From Synechococcus sp. (GTDB taxonomy: Bacteria; Cyanobacteriota; Cyanobacteriia; PCC-6307; Cyanobiaceae): 64,000 nucleotides of DNA. The position numbers and the translations under genes are program-made. The stretch lies in the NCBI GenBank assembly GCA_047285305.1, contig JBJBDL010000003.1, positions 2,052,228-2,116,227 on the forward strand, written 5' to 3'. Below are positions 45,959 to 55,078 of the stretch, one piece after another (positions within the stretch are counted from its first letter, which is position 1; each line of letters opens with the position of its first letter). Under the pieces are notes generated by a model. It ran no database searches and was not told where the DNA came from. It saw only the letters and a program-made list of their open reading frames with translations.

Positions 45959-47050
45959 ATGTCTGCGACTCCGACAGAAGATCAGATCCAGGATCAGGTT
46001 CAGGACGCGAACGCCACAGAAGCCTCTGCAGAAACCGCTGCCGCCGAACAGGCGTTTGAGGGTGAGGACCTGAGCATTCCTGAAGACGTCCCCACCGCGG
46101 ATGATCCAAGCAGCCGCGCCGCCAGCCGCAGCCTGGACGACGCCGGATTCACCCTGGATGAGTTCGCGGCTCTCCTTAGCAAGTACGACTACAACTTCAA
46201 GCCTGGCGACATCGTCAACGGCACGGTCTTTGCCCTGGAATCGAAGGGCGCCATGATCGACATCGGCGCCAAGACGGCTGCCTTCATGCCTCTGCAAGAG
46301 GTGTCGATCAACCGGGTCGAGGGTCTGAGCGACGTGCTCCAGCCGGGTGAGATCCGTGAGTTCTTCATCATGAGTGAGGAGAACGAAGATGGTCAGCTGG
46401 CGCTATCGATCCGCCGGATCGAATACCAGCGGGCATGGGAGCGGGTCCGCCAGCTCCAGAAGGAAGACGCCACCATCTACTCCGAAGTGTTTGCCACCAA
46501 CCGTGGTGGTGCCTTGGTGCGCGTGGAAGGTCTGCGGGGCTTCATCCCCGGATCCCACATCAGCACCCGCAAGCCGAAGGAAGAACTGGTTGCCGACTTC
46601 CTGCCCCTGAAGTTCCTCGAGGTGGACGAAGAGCGCAACCGCCTGGTGCTCAGCCACCGCCGCGCCCTGGTGGAGCGGAAGATGAATCGCCTAGAAGTGG
46701 GCGAAGTTGTGGTGGGTACCGTCCGCGGCATCAAGCCCTACGGCGCCTTCATCGACATCGGTGGTGTCAGTGGTCTGCTGCACATTTCCGAGATCAGCCA
46801 CGAGCACATCGAGACCCCCCACTCGGTGTTGAACGTGAATGATCAGATGAAAGTGATGATCATTGATCTGGATGCCGAGCGCGGCCGGATTTCGTTGTCG
46901 ACGAAGGCTCTCGAGCCCGAACCAGGCGACATGCTCACCGACCCCCAGAAGGTGTTCGAGAAGGCCGAGGAAATGGCTGCTCGTTACAAGCAGATGCTGA
47001 TGGAGCAGGCCGAAGAGGGCGAAGATCCGATCAGCTCCATGATGATCTGA
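45959..47050 (+). CDS. rpsA: 30S ribosomal protein S1 (three S1 domains)
   Basis: IDIGAKTAAF, NRGGALV, GFIPGSH, KPYGAFIDIGGVSGLLHISEIS. Confidence 0.95.
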   Translation: MSATPTEDQIQDQVQDANATEASAETAAAEQAFEGEDLSIPEDVPTADDPSSRAASRSLDDAGFTLDEFAALLSKYDYNFKPGDIVNGTVFALESKGAMIDIGAKTAAFMPLQEVSINRVEGLSDVLQPGEIREFFIMSEENEDGQLALSIRRIEYQRAWERVRQLQKEDATIYSEVFATNRGGALVRVEGLRGFIPGSHISTRKPKEELVADFLPLKFLEVDEERNRLVLSHRRALVERKMNRLEVGEVVVGTVRGIKPYGAFIDIGGVSGLLHISEISHEHIETPHSVLNVNDQMKVMIIDLDAERGRISLSTKALEPEPGDMLTDPQKVFEKAEEMAARYKQMLMEQAEEGEDPISSMMI

Positions 47051-47055
47051 GCCTG

Positions 47056-47829
47056 ATGGCCCAACTGCTGCTGAAGGGACATCCCATCGGCAATTTCCAA
47101 GGGGTGCTGTTCGATAAGGACGGCACCCTTTCCCATAGCGAGCTGCATCTGCTGGCCTTGGCAGACGCACGCATCAACAAAGCCGTCAAGGTTGCTCAGG
47201 AACAAGCCCCTGCGCTGAACCCCTCTGAGCTGAGCCACACCCTGCGCAGAGCGTTTGGTGTTGATCAAGGCATGCTCGATCCAGGCGGAACACTGGCGGT
47301 TGCCTCCAGGCAGGACAACATCGCCTCGACTGCAACGGTGTTCTGCCTGTTGGGCTGCTCATGGCCCCAGGCTCTCTCCCTGGCCCACACCTGCTTCGAC
47401 GCGGTTGACCAGGACGGCCTGATCGACACAACCCCCAGCCCATTGATCAACGGTGCTGGGCAACTGCTGCGGAACCTGCACCAGCAGGGCGTCACCGCTG
47501 CTGTGATCAGCAACGACACCCATTCCGGCATTGAAGACTTCCTGGCTCACCATCAGCTCGGCGCAGGCATTGCCGGCATCTGGAGTGCTGATGACCATCC
47601 GTGCAAACCCGATCCACAGGCCGTTCTGGAGCTGTGCAACAGGCTTGGCCTGCCACCCCAACGGTGTGCATTGGTTGGCGATGCGGAGACCGACCTCCAA
47701 ATGGCCCTCGAGGCCGGTATCGGCGGCGTGATCGGCTTCACCGGTGGCTGGAAGCGTGCTCCGGAACTGCCGTCAGCACAGTATCGGCTCAACAGCTGGA
47801 CCGACCTCGCCATCAGCACAGACGCGTAA
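47056..47829 (+). CDS. HAD family hydrolase
   Basis: [23 protein letters not shown]. Confidence 0.85.
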   Translation: MAQLLLKGHPIGNFQGVLFDKDGTLSHSELHLLALADARINKAVKVAQEQAPALNPSELSHTLRRAFGVDQGMLDPGGTLAVASRQDNIASTATVFCLLGCSWPQALSLAHTCFDAVDQDGLIDTTPSPLINGAGQLLRNLHQQGVTAAVISNDTHSGIEDFLAHHQLGAGIAGIWSADDHPCKPDPQAVLELCNRLGLPPQRCALVGDAETDLQMALEAGIGGVIGFTGGWKRAPELPSAQYRLNSWTDLAISTDA

Positions 47830-47852
47830 AGTCGCCCGATCTGGAGCGCCGA

Positions 47853-49088
47853 ATGAGCCGTTACGTCTTTACCTCCGAGTCCGTCACCGAAGGGCATCCC
47901 GACAAGATCTGCGACCAGGTGAGCGACGCCGTTCTGGATGCTCTGCTGGCCCAGGATCCCGCCAGCCGAGTGGCCTGCGAGACCGTTGTAAACACCGGCC
48001 TCTGCATGATCACCGGTGAGGTGACCTCCAAGGCGCAGGTGGATTTCATCCACCTGGTGCGCAACGTGATCAAGGAGATCGGTTACAGCGGCGCTCGGGC
48101 CGGTGGCTTCGATGCCAACAGCTGTGCGGTGCTGGTGGCTCTCGACCAGCAGTCCCCCGACATCGCCCAGGGCGTGAACGAGGCCGACGACCACGCCGGT
48201 GATCCCCTTGATCTGGTGGGTGCCGGCGACCAGGGAATCATGTTCGGCTACGCCTGCAACGAGACGCCTGAGCTGATGCCATTGCCGATCAGCCTGGCCC
48301 ACCGGCTGTCGCGCCGCCTGGCCGAAGTGCGCCACAACGGAACCCTGGGTTACCTGCTTCCCGATGGCAAAACCCAGGTGAGCGTCGTCTACGAAAACGA
48401 CAAGCCCGTCTCGATCGACACGATCCTGATCTCCACCCAGCACACCGCTGAAGTGGACGGGATCAGTGATGAGCAGGGCATCCGAGAGCGCATCACCGAA
48501 GACCTCTGGACCCATGTGGTGGAGCCGGCGACCGCCGATCTGGCCCTCAAGCCCTCCCGCGAGGCCACCAAGTATCTGGTGAACCCCACCGGCAAGTTCG
48601 TGGTTGGCGGCCCTCAGGGCGATGCCGGTCTCACCGGCCGCAAGATCATCGTGGACACCTACGGCGGCTATGCCCGCCACGGCGGTGGTGCCTTCTCTGG
48701 CAAGGACCCCACCAAAGTGGACCGTTCGGCAGCCTATGCAGCGCGCTACGTGGCCAAGTGCCTTGTAGCCGCAGGGCTCGCCGAACGTGCCGAAGTGCAG
48801 CTGAGCTACGCCATCGGAGTGGCCAAGCCAGTGTCGATCCTGGTGGAATCCTTCGGCACCAGCGCACTGGCCAACGATGCCCTCACCGCCTTGGTGCAGG
48901 AGCACTTCGATCTGCGCCCCGGCGCCATCATCGAGACCTTCGGTCTGCGCAACCTTCCCCAGCAACGGGGTGGCCGCTTCTATCAGGAAACTGCGGCTTA
49001 CGGCCATTTCGGACGCAACGACCTCAACGCACCCTGGGAAGACGTGACAGCGAAAAGCCAGGAGCTGAAGCAGGTCGCCTCGGCCTGA
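47853..49088 (+). CDS. metK: S-adenosylmethionine synthetase
   Basis: [28 protein letters not shown]. Confidence 0.98.
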   Translation: MSRYVFTSESVTEGHPDKICDQVSDAVLDALLAQDPASRVACETVVNTGLCMITGEVTSKAQVDFIHLVRNVIKEIGYSGARAGGFDANSCAVLVALDQQSPDIAQGVNEADDHAGDPLDLVGAGDQGIMFGYACNETPELMPLPISLAHRLSRRLAEVRHNGTLGYLLPDGKTQVSVVYENDKPVSIDTILISTQHTAEVDGISDEQGIRERITEDLWTHVVEPATADLALKPSREATKYLVNPTGKFVVGGPQGDAGLTGRKIIVDTYGGYARHGGGAFSGKDPTKVDRSAAYAARYVAKCLVAAGLAERAEVQLSYAIGVAKPVSILVESFGTSALANDALTALVQEHFDLRPGAIIETFGLRNLPQQRGGRFYQETAAYGHFGRNDLNAPWEDVTAKSQELKQVASA

Positions 49089-49092
49089 AGCC

Positions 49093-50331
49093 ATGACGGA
49101 TTCACCGCTGGTGCTCGGAATCGACCTGGGCACCAGCGGCATCCGAACAGCCGTTGTTGCTTCTAACGGCGCGGTTATCGACAGCAGATCCCAGGGCTAC
49201 GGCGGAGACTTCGCCAACCCCCACAGCTGGCGCGAAGGCTGTGGGAACCTGATCAGGGCAATCCCAGCCAAGCTGAGGAGCCAGCTGAAAGCACTCGCCG
49301 TAGATGGCACCTCCGGCACGCTGATGGCCTGTGATCGTGATGGTTCCCCACTGGGGAAAGCACTGGCCTACTCCCAGAGCTGCCCTGAGCTGCAGTCAGC
49401 TCTTAAGTCTTTGGTGGATCCCAGTAGTCCGGCCGCCAGCTGCAGCGGCAGCCTGGCCCGGGCCTTGCGGCTCCTCAACTGCCATGGCGAGGCGATCCTG
49501 CTGCGGCATCAGGCCGACTGGATCAGCGGATGGCTGCTGAACGACTGGCGCTGGGGGGAAGAAGGCAACAACCTGCGTCTGGGTTGGGATCTGATCACGA
49601 ACAGCTGGCCAGCCCGTTTTGCCGAACAGCCCTGGCGGCAGACACTGCCTGAGATCCGTCCCAGCGGCAGCATTCTCGGGACGATCGCACCGGAGCAGGC
49701 CAAGGCCTTGGGCCTGGCGAACGATCTGATCATCGTTGCCGGAACAACGGATTCCAATGCCGCCGTGCTCGCCGCCGATCCGGGGCCCGAAGATGGGATC
49801 ACCGTGCTGGGCACAACGCTGGTGATGAAGTGCTTCACCGAGAAGCCCCTCCACGCCCCGGGCGTCACCAGCCATCGCGTGGGGGGACGCTGGCTCTGTG
49901 GAGGCGCCTCCAATGCAGGGGCCGGTGTGCTGCGGCGTTTTTACAGCGATGACCAACTCAGCGAACTGAGCCGCCAGATCAACCCGGACACCGACAGCGG
50001 ACTCCGCCTGCGGCCGCTCCCCGCCCCGGGGGAAAGGTTCCCTGTGGATGATCCAGAGCTGCTACCGGTGCTTGAACCACGGCCGGTGAGTGATGCCCTC
50101 TATCTGCATGGACTGCTGGAAGGTCTCGCCGAGATCGAAGCTCAGGGTTGGCACCGCCTGAAAGAGCTGGGTGCTTCCGCACCCAGGCGGATCATCAGCA
50201 TCGGCGGTGGAGCGCGCAATCCCCAATGGCGACGGCTGCGGGAACGCCGCCTCGGCTGCGCTGTAACGAGTTGCCATACACCCCCCGCCGCCGGGGTAGC
50301 ACAACTGGCCCAACAGGCCCTGGTCGGGTGA
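49093..50331 (+). CDS. FGGY-family carbohydrate kinase (xylulose/ribulose kinase-like)
   Basis: LGIDLGTSG, DGTSGT, HQADW, GTTDS, GGASNAG, PGERFP. Confidence 0.85.
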   Translation: MTDSPLVLGIDLGTSGIRTAVVASNGAVIDSRSQGYGGDFANPHSWREGCGNLIRAIPAKLRSQLKALAVDGTSGTLMACDRDGSPLGKALAYSQSCPELQSALKSLVDPSSPAASCSGSLARALRLLNCHGEAILLRHQADWISGWLLNDWRWGEEGNNLRLGWDLITNSWPARFAEQPWRQTLPEIRPSGSILGTIAPEQAKALGLANDLIIVAGTTDSNAAVLAADPGPEDGITVLGTTLVMKCFTEKPLHAPGVTSHRVGGRWLCGGASNAGAGVLRRFYSDDQLSELSRQINPDTDSGLRLRPLPAPGERFPVDDPELLPVLEPRPVSDALYLHGLLEGLAEIEAQGWHRLKELGASAPRRIISIGGGARNPQWRRLRERRLGCAVTSCHTPPAAGVAQLAQQALVG

Positions 50332-50357
50332 GAATCACAGCATCACGCCCAACCCCC

Positions 50358-50471
50358 ATGCCCACCAAGCTCCGAGATGGTCTGGCCATCGGCCTTTTCG
50401 TCGTGCTGGCCGGGTATGTGGGCTTCAGTGGCATTCGCCTCGGTCTTTTGTTGATTGAGCGCTTCGCTTGA
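50358..50471 (+). CDS. Small single-helix membrane protein (37 aa)
   Basis: MPTKLRDGLAIGLFVVLAGYVGFSGIRLGLLLIERFA fills the gap between two co-oriented genes. Confidence 0.5.
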   Translation: MPTKLRDGLAIGLFVVLAGYVGFSGIRLGLLLIERFA

Positions 50472-50511
50472 GCCGATCACTGCAAAGATTGCACTCACCT
50501 GGTTGATCCCA

Positions 50512-50787
50512 ATGCCTGCAGACCCCCTTACTGATGCCGTCAGCACACGAATCTGCAAACACATGAACGACGACCATGCCGAAGCGGTGCTGGCCTACGC
50601 CAAGCACTACGGCGGCGTCAGCAATCCCGCTGCTGCACGCATGGTGTGTGTGAAAGCAGAAACCATGGAACTGGAGGTGGATGGCACCAGCGTCAGCATT
50701 GCTTTCGATCACACCCTCACCGACAGCGAAGACGCCCACCGCACCTTGGTGGCGATGCTGCGGGCGATGCCCAAAGAAGGCGCCTGA
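50512..50787 (+). CDS. DUF2470 domain protein (HugZ N-terminal/GluBP-like)
   Basis: RICKHMNDDH.EAVLAYA motif. Confidence 0.8.
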   Translation: MPADPLTDAVSTRICKHMNDDHAEAVLAYAKHYGGVSNPAAARMVCVKAETMELEVDGTSVSIAFDHTLTDSEDAHRTLVAMLRAMPKEGA

Positions 50788-50856
50788 TTTCGTAGCGATT
50801 CGCCAAAGCAATGGAACGCTCGTTGCATCGACCGACCCGCTGCGCATCGCGCGCTC

Positions 50857-51181
50857 ATGAGCTGTGCCCAAGCCCTGCTGATAGAGCCCTGCCGCCCGAT
50901 CTGCGATGGACCTTGGGAAAGCCCACTGCCGCCGACGGCTCCCTGCACCACGTGCCTTGATGCACTTGCTTCTCCCTTGTCAGGGACTCAAGGGCTTGCT
51001 GCCCTTTCCATGGTGCGTCCTCGGGTCTTACGTAGGCCAGCTTCGCCAGCTGCTGCTGAAGCTGCGTCAACCGCACCAAGGTCAAGCGCTTGCGGCCTTG
51101 ATTCAGCTGCTGTCTGCGCGCTTCACCCTGCCTGTAACAGCAGTTCTGGTACCGATTCCAAGCTCGAAGCGGCAACGATCC
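50857..51181 (+). pseudogene. comF: ComF family protein, 5' fragment (frameshifted, truncated)
   Basis: Zn-ribbon-like CRPICD...CTTC in one frame. After a shift near 50970 it continues LGSYVGQLRQLLLKL...LVPIPS.KRQRS, then similarity stops. Confidence 0.7.
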
Positions 51182-51188
51182 ACGCGCA

Positions 51189-51341
51189 GTGAGTGCGGTG
51201 CGCACTTACAGCTGGGTTCCACCTTGTCCACCTGAGCCAATGACTCGGCGGCGGATGCTCAGGCATAACGCGATTGAGGCTTGGGAGACAAAGCGGAAGA
51301 CAGGCTGGAGTGCTGTCCACTGCCTGTCCGCTGATCAGTGA
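51189..51341 (+). pseudogene. DUF1651-like gene 3' fragment, copy 1
   Basis: VRTYSWVPPCPPEPMTRRRMLRHNAIEAWETKRKTGW, with CCPLPVR* following in a shifted frame. Family call is from memory of the motif. Confidence 0.55.
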
Positions 51342-51550
51342 GGGAGGCACGGGCGAGGGAACTTGCCCGGACTCTCTCCCGAGGCGTTTGCAGTGGGGCC
51401 AGCGCCAGATCAAATCTCAGAGGAAACCTGAGGAGATCTGGATAGAGATTAATACCTAATTAGGCGCATTTGATACTCGGCAAGGGACCTCAGTTAGAGA
51501 GAATTGAAACGAAGGCGTGGTGCCTTCAATGCGTCTGTTTGGGGTGGGCT

Positions 51551-51571
51551 GAGGGGCCTGCCTCTTTTTTT
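51551..51571 (+). terminator. Candidate intrinsic terminator inside the insert
   Basis: GAGGggcctgCCTC followed by T7. Confidence 0.5.
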
Positions 51572-51575
51572 GTCG

Positions 51576-51680
51576 CCTGAGTCGAAGCCTCCCAGGCGAA
51601 TGCTTCGGCATGACGCCGTCGAGGCGGGGTACAAGATGCTGAAAACAGCCTGGCGTCGTTGCTCACCACCCTCCAGATAA
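51576..51680 (+). pseudogene. DUF1651-like gene 3' fragment, copy 2
   Basis: PESKPPRRMLRHDAVEAGYKMLKTAWRRCSPPSR* aligns by eye with copy 1. Confidence 0.55.
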
Positions 51681-52261
51681 TGCTGGAGCAGGAACGGGAT
51701 GATGCCATGACAGATTCAATCAATTTATCGATCACCAAGTCTTAAAAGTTTTTCTACTCTAAGAACTTTCAATAGATCTAATCCCCATGCCGCAGGTGCA
51801 GGTCGAACTATTTTTTGTTCAAGTGTGATTGATTTTGGCTGCTTTTGAGCCAGTCATAATTACTAAAAGGCGCTGCGAACGCAGTGCCTTTGACGGCCCC
51901 CTTAGGCCAAACCGAAACTATTTCATTTTTTGGAAAAGCATTCGCCAATCAATAAAAATTCAGCGAGAGAGACTTCATTTCATTAAGTTAGGTAAGTAAA
52001 ACCGTAAGTCAATGATCAGGCATAACACCAATTAGTCTTCGGACAAGACGTATAACAGCCGGGCTGCGATGCAGGCCACCAGTTCGAGAAGAGCAATCGT
52101 TTTTTCCTAAGACAGACGGACTCAGCAGTTTGCCGCTGACTTGGGTCCGCGTCCCGGCCGGAGCCCTCCAGAACGGGACGAACCTCAAATACGCCAGTGA
52201 CAACAGTCGATTCAGCGTGAATTGATACCGACCAAGGCATTTTGTTACCAGCAGAAAAAGA

Positions 52262-52486
52262 GTGGCCCAGAATGGCGTCATGAACAAGACCAATGATCTG
52301 CACGGATGGGATGAGGGCCTGCGTCGGCCAATGGGAGGTGACCCTCTACAGGAACCCGTCATGGCAGCGATCTTCGGCTATAGGTTCAACAACGAGTTAT
52401 GGCGACTTAACGACCAGGGTTATCCAGAACCTTTGTTAGAGCCCATGCTCGGCCGGTGGGAACAGCTGCACGATCCCGAGGGTTGA
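52262..52486 (+). CDS. Small hypothetical protein or gene remnant
   Basis: 74-aa ORF inside the insert (EPVMAAIFGY...DQGYPEPLLE); no function recognised. Confidence 0.35.
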   Translation: MAQNGVMNKTNDLHGWDEGLRRPMGGDPLQEPVMAAIFGYRFNNELWRLNDQGYPEPLLEPMLGRWEQLHDPEG

Positions 52487-52834
52487 ACCTGAAGTTGGTG
52501 CTCACCGCCATATAACGCTGATCTGACTCCCCGGATCGCTCATGGCTGAGGAGTCAGTGGTGTTATCAGCGCCCAATGGTCATTGGAGAAACCATTGGAT
52601 GGACGTTCCATTGCGGCAGAACTTCCGAAGACAACATCACCCCGGCTGAGGTTCACTGCCGTTCAGATGACGCGATGGCAGTGACCAAATGATCTTCTTT
52701 AGAGCGCAGGGGGATGCGAACCGCTGAAATCAGCCTGAAAAATCACTCGGATGGAGGAGGTAGGTCACCCCATTTCGAAGACCTTGTCTTCAGAGAAATC
52801 AAATTCATGAAAGGTCTTTCGCGCACTGCTGCTT

Positions 52835-52973
52835 CCGGTTTAGTTGGTGGGGTCGCTGGTGCCCTAATGGGTGCCACCGCTTTTACTGCCCGTCAGGCCC
52901 TTGAAGCTGCTGGCCACCACGTGGCTGGATTGATCTGCCTTGGACGAACCCCGCGAGGGAGCGCAGGCGGTGA
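52835..52973 (+). pseudogene. comF: ComF family protein, 3' fragment
   Basis: PV*LV then, in another frame, GATAFTARQALEAAGHHVAGLICLGRTP. This matches a degraded PRTase PRPP loop (VxLVDDxxTTGAT) and a ComF-like C-terminus. Confidence 0.7.
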
Positions 52974-53003
52974 TTTAAGATTCCGTTGTCGCTTCGGCGG
53001 CGC

Positions 53004-53076
53004 GCCGGGATAGCTCAGTTGGTAGAGCAGGCGACTGAAAATCGCCGTGTCCCCAGTTCAAATCTGGGTCCTGGCA
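53004..53076 (+). tRNA. tRNA-Phe (GAA)
   Basis: GCCGGGATAGCTCAGTTGGTAGAGC, anticodon arm GGCGA-CTGAAAA-TCGCC, GTTCAAATC. Confidence 0.96.
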
Positions 53077-53098
53077 TCACATTGATGCCAAAACTGCC

Positions 53099-53338
53099 GT
53101 GTCATTCATCTCCTCAGATGCAGGCACAGATCGGGTTTTCGACAACGCCGACAGCTTCGCCATGGTGTTCGACCGCACCTGGAAGCAACTCCGAAGCAGC
53201 AGCAAAGCTGAACTCAGTCAAGAAGAGCATCTCGAAGCAGTGCTCGAGGCGATGGCCGATCACCCCTTTCTGATCAGTTCCCCAGACATGGCACGCCAGG
53301 TGGCCGCCTTCCGGATCAGGCTGCTGGAGCTGGCCTGA
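53099..53338 (+). CDS. Conserved hypothetical protein at the start of the phycobilisome rod region
   Basis: 79-aa ORF directly after tRNA-Phe (FDNADSFAMVFD, HPFL). Confidence 0.7.
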   Translation: MSFISSDAGTDRVFDNADSFAMVFDRTWKQLRSSSKAELSQEEHLEAVLEAMADHPFLISSPDMARQVAAFRIRLLELA

Positions 53339-53827
53339 TCAGGCGGAAAGCAGATCGATCTGGGGATCATCCACATATTCCGTGTCATCGCTGAGGGTCT
53401 CGTCACTGAAGGCCTCGTCCTCGACTCGGTCGCCATCCATCTCCATCTCAGGGGTTTCTGAGATGTCGTGGTCGTGTGCTGCTGACGTCTCCCCAGCGTG
53501 GGAATCAGCGTGCAGCTCCACGACCTCACCTGGGGTCAGACGATCCCGAAGCATCCGCACCTTTTCTTCGCTGGCCAGGAGCAGTTCGCCGGCGTCATTG
53601 CTTACTGCGGCGATTTCCGCATCCGCCAGCTGCTGGCCTTCAACGGCGGCCAACCGAGTCTCCAGCTCCATCAACCGATCCGCCAGCGTTTCCACCACTT
53701 CACTGAGGCTGAGCAGGTGGGTGGACAGCTGTTGCTCGAACGCGGTGCGCGGGGAGGTGGTGGTCACCGGGCTGGCCTCGTGTTGAGAAATTTCGCTGAT
53801 GGTATCGATGCTGAGCTTCGTGTCCAC
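53339..53827 (-). CDS. Hypothetical coiled-coil protein with acidic C-terminus
   Basis: Heptad-like LSEVVETLADRLMELETRL and an acidic tail ending EYVDDPQIDLLSA. Confidence 0.7.
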   Translation of the reverse strand: MDTKLSIDTISEISQHEASPVTTTSPRTAFEQQLSTHLLSLSEVVETLADRLMELETRLAAVEGQQLADAEIAAVSNDAGELLLASEEKVRMLRDRLTPGEVVELHADSHAGETSAAHDHDISETPEMEMDGDRVEDEAFSDETLSDDTEYVDDPQIDLLSA

Positions 53828-53886
53828 GGCCCTGGGGAAAGCGACGACTGGCCTAAATTCCCCAGGGCTATCGAGCGATTGAAGAG

Positions 53887-54543
53887 ATGTCCAGGCTGAA
53901 GACAGGGCTGAAGGTCAGCGCCTGGGTCGCCGTCTTCATTGTTGCCGTCGTTTATTTGCAGCGATATGGCATCGCTCCGCTGCAAAGCGCCGTGAACGAC
54001 ATGGGCATCTGGGCCCCACTCGGCCTGTTCCTGCTGCGAGGGGTCAGCATCATCCTGCCGGCACTGCCGAGTTCGGTGTATTCCCTGCTGGCCGGCTCGC
54101 TGCTGGGCTTCAAAGCGGGTTATCTCACGATCATCCTGTCGGACCTGGTGTTCTGCAGTGCGGCCTTCTTCATCGCCCGCCGCTGGGGACGCGGACCGGT
54201 GAGCCGCCTGGTGGGGGCCAGCGCAATGAAACGCATCGATGGCTTCAGCAAGAACCAGCTAGAGGGCAACTTCTTTTTGATGACCGGCCTGCTGATGACC
54301 GGACTATTTGATTTCCTCAGCTATGCCATCGGGATCAGCCGCACCCACTGGCGTCTGTTCGCTCCGGCCCTGCTGATCAGTGTGCTGATCAGCGATTCGA
54401 TCCTCGTGGCCGTCGGCGCAGGAGCCGCTCAGGGCGCCAGCCTCACCCTGGGATTGGCTCTGCTGGCCATGTTTGCTCTTGCCACCATCACCGGTGTGCT
54501 GAAAAAGAAATCCTCAGAGGTGCCCTCCGACAACCACTCCTGA
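53887..54543 (+). CDS. TVP38/TMEM64 (DedA/VTT) membrane protein
   Basis: Several hydrophobic segments, PALPSS..SLLAGSLLG, FFIARRWGR, FDFLSYAIG. Confidence 0.8.
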   Translation: MSRLKTGLKVSAWVAVFIVAVVYLQRYGIAPLQSAVNDMGIWAPLGLFLLRGVSIILPALPSSVYSLLAGSLLGFKAGYLTIILSDLVFCSAAFFIARRWGRGPVSRLVGASAMKRIDGFSKNQLEGNFFLMTGLLMTGLFDFLSYAIGISRTHWRLFAPALLISVLISDSILVAVGAGAAQGASLTLGLALLAMFALATITGVLKKKSSEVPSDNHS

Positions 54544-54652
54544 CAGGATCTTTCGGGGATGACGGCCGATCCATGTCGATTCCCACGAACCGCTGACTGG
54601 GTCGAGGAAATTCCTGGACACTGGTTACATTCGAGTTGATCGGCGTTTCTCG

Positions 54653-55078
54653 ATGAGCGCACTGGCAGATCCGAGAATTGCCACCCTGCAGAACCAGGCC
54701 GGCAGCAGCGGTGAGCTGGATCTACCTGTGGGAGACGGCTGTTTTCGGATCAATCTCCGTGATGAAAACATCGCGCTCTGGCAGGAGACATTTGATCAAC
54801 ACACCACGGCGGCCAACCTTCTGCTGGCTTGCGAAGAAAGCAATGGAGACCTCAAGGACACCCGCCTGACCTGGGTGGTGGGATCTGCCATCCGTACAGC
54901 GACAGCCTCAAGCCCAGACGCCGTCGGCTGGCTGTTGACGCAGTTAGGGGTACCAACTGAACTCACGGAAGCAGCCATCAGCCGTTGCCCTGGGTTGGGG
55001 GACGACCTGGTGTGGGCCTTCTACCTGGAACGCCACGGCTGGCTGATCGCCACGCCGGTGGCCAGCGTCAACCCGTGA
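54653..55078 (+). CDS. Conserved hypothetical protein
   Basis: 141-aa ORF whose stop overlaps the aplA start (GTGA). Confidence 0.7.
   Translation: MSALADPRIATLQNQAGSSGELDLPVGDGCFRINLRDENIALWQETFDQHTTAANLLLACEESNGDLKDTRLTWVVGSAIRTATASSPDAVGWLLTQLGVPTELTEAAISRCPGLGDDLVWAFYLERHGWLIATPVASVNP

Larger units (their letters stand above)
51182..52830. other. ~1.6 kb insert (mini-island) splitting comF; gene fragments and AT-rich noncoding DNA, no recombinase
   Basis: Lies between the two comF halves; visibly AT-rich at 51720-52050. Boundaries are approximate. Confidence 0.65.

Noticed and set aside
47553..49142. 529-aa minus-strand ORF
   Set aside because: Antisense shadow of the highly conserved metK.
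51416..51432. GGAAAC loop suggesting a Yfr2-family sRNA
   Set aside because: Only one GGAAAC is present, and I see neither the repeated GGAAACA nor the 5' motif I associate with Yfr2; kept only as a generic sRNA candidate.
52714..53013. 99-aa ORF as an intact gene
   Set aside because: It appears to be a chance fusion of insert sequence to the comF 3' remnant and runs into tRNA-Phe.
53076..53099. Integrative element downstream of tRNA-Phe
   Set aside because: Only 22 bp separate the tRNA from the next gene; no recombinase or att duplicate is visible.
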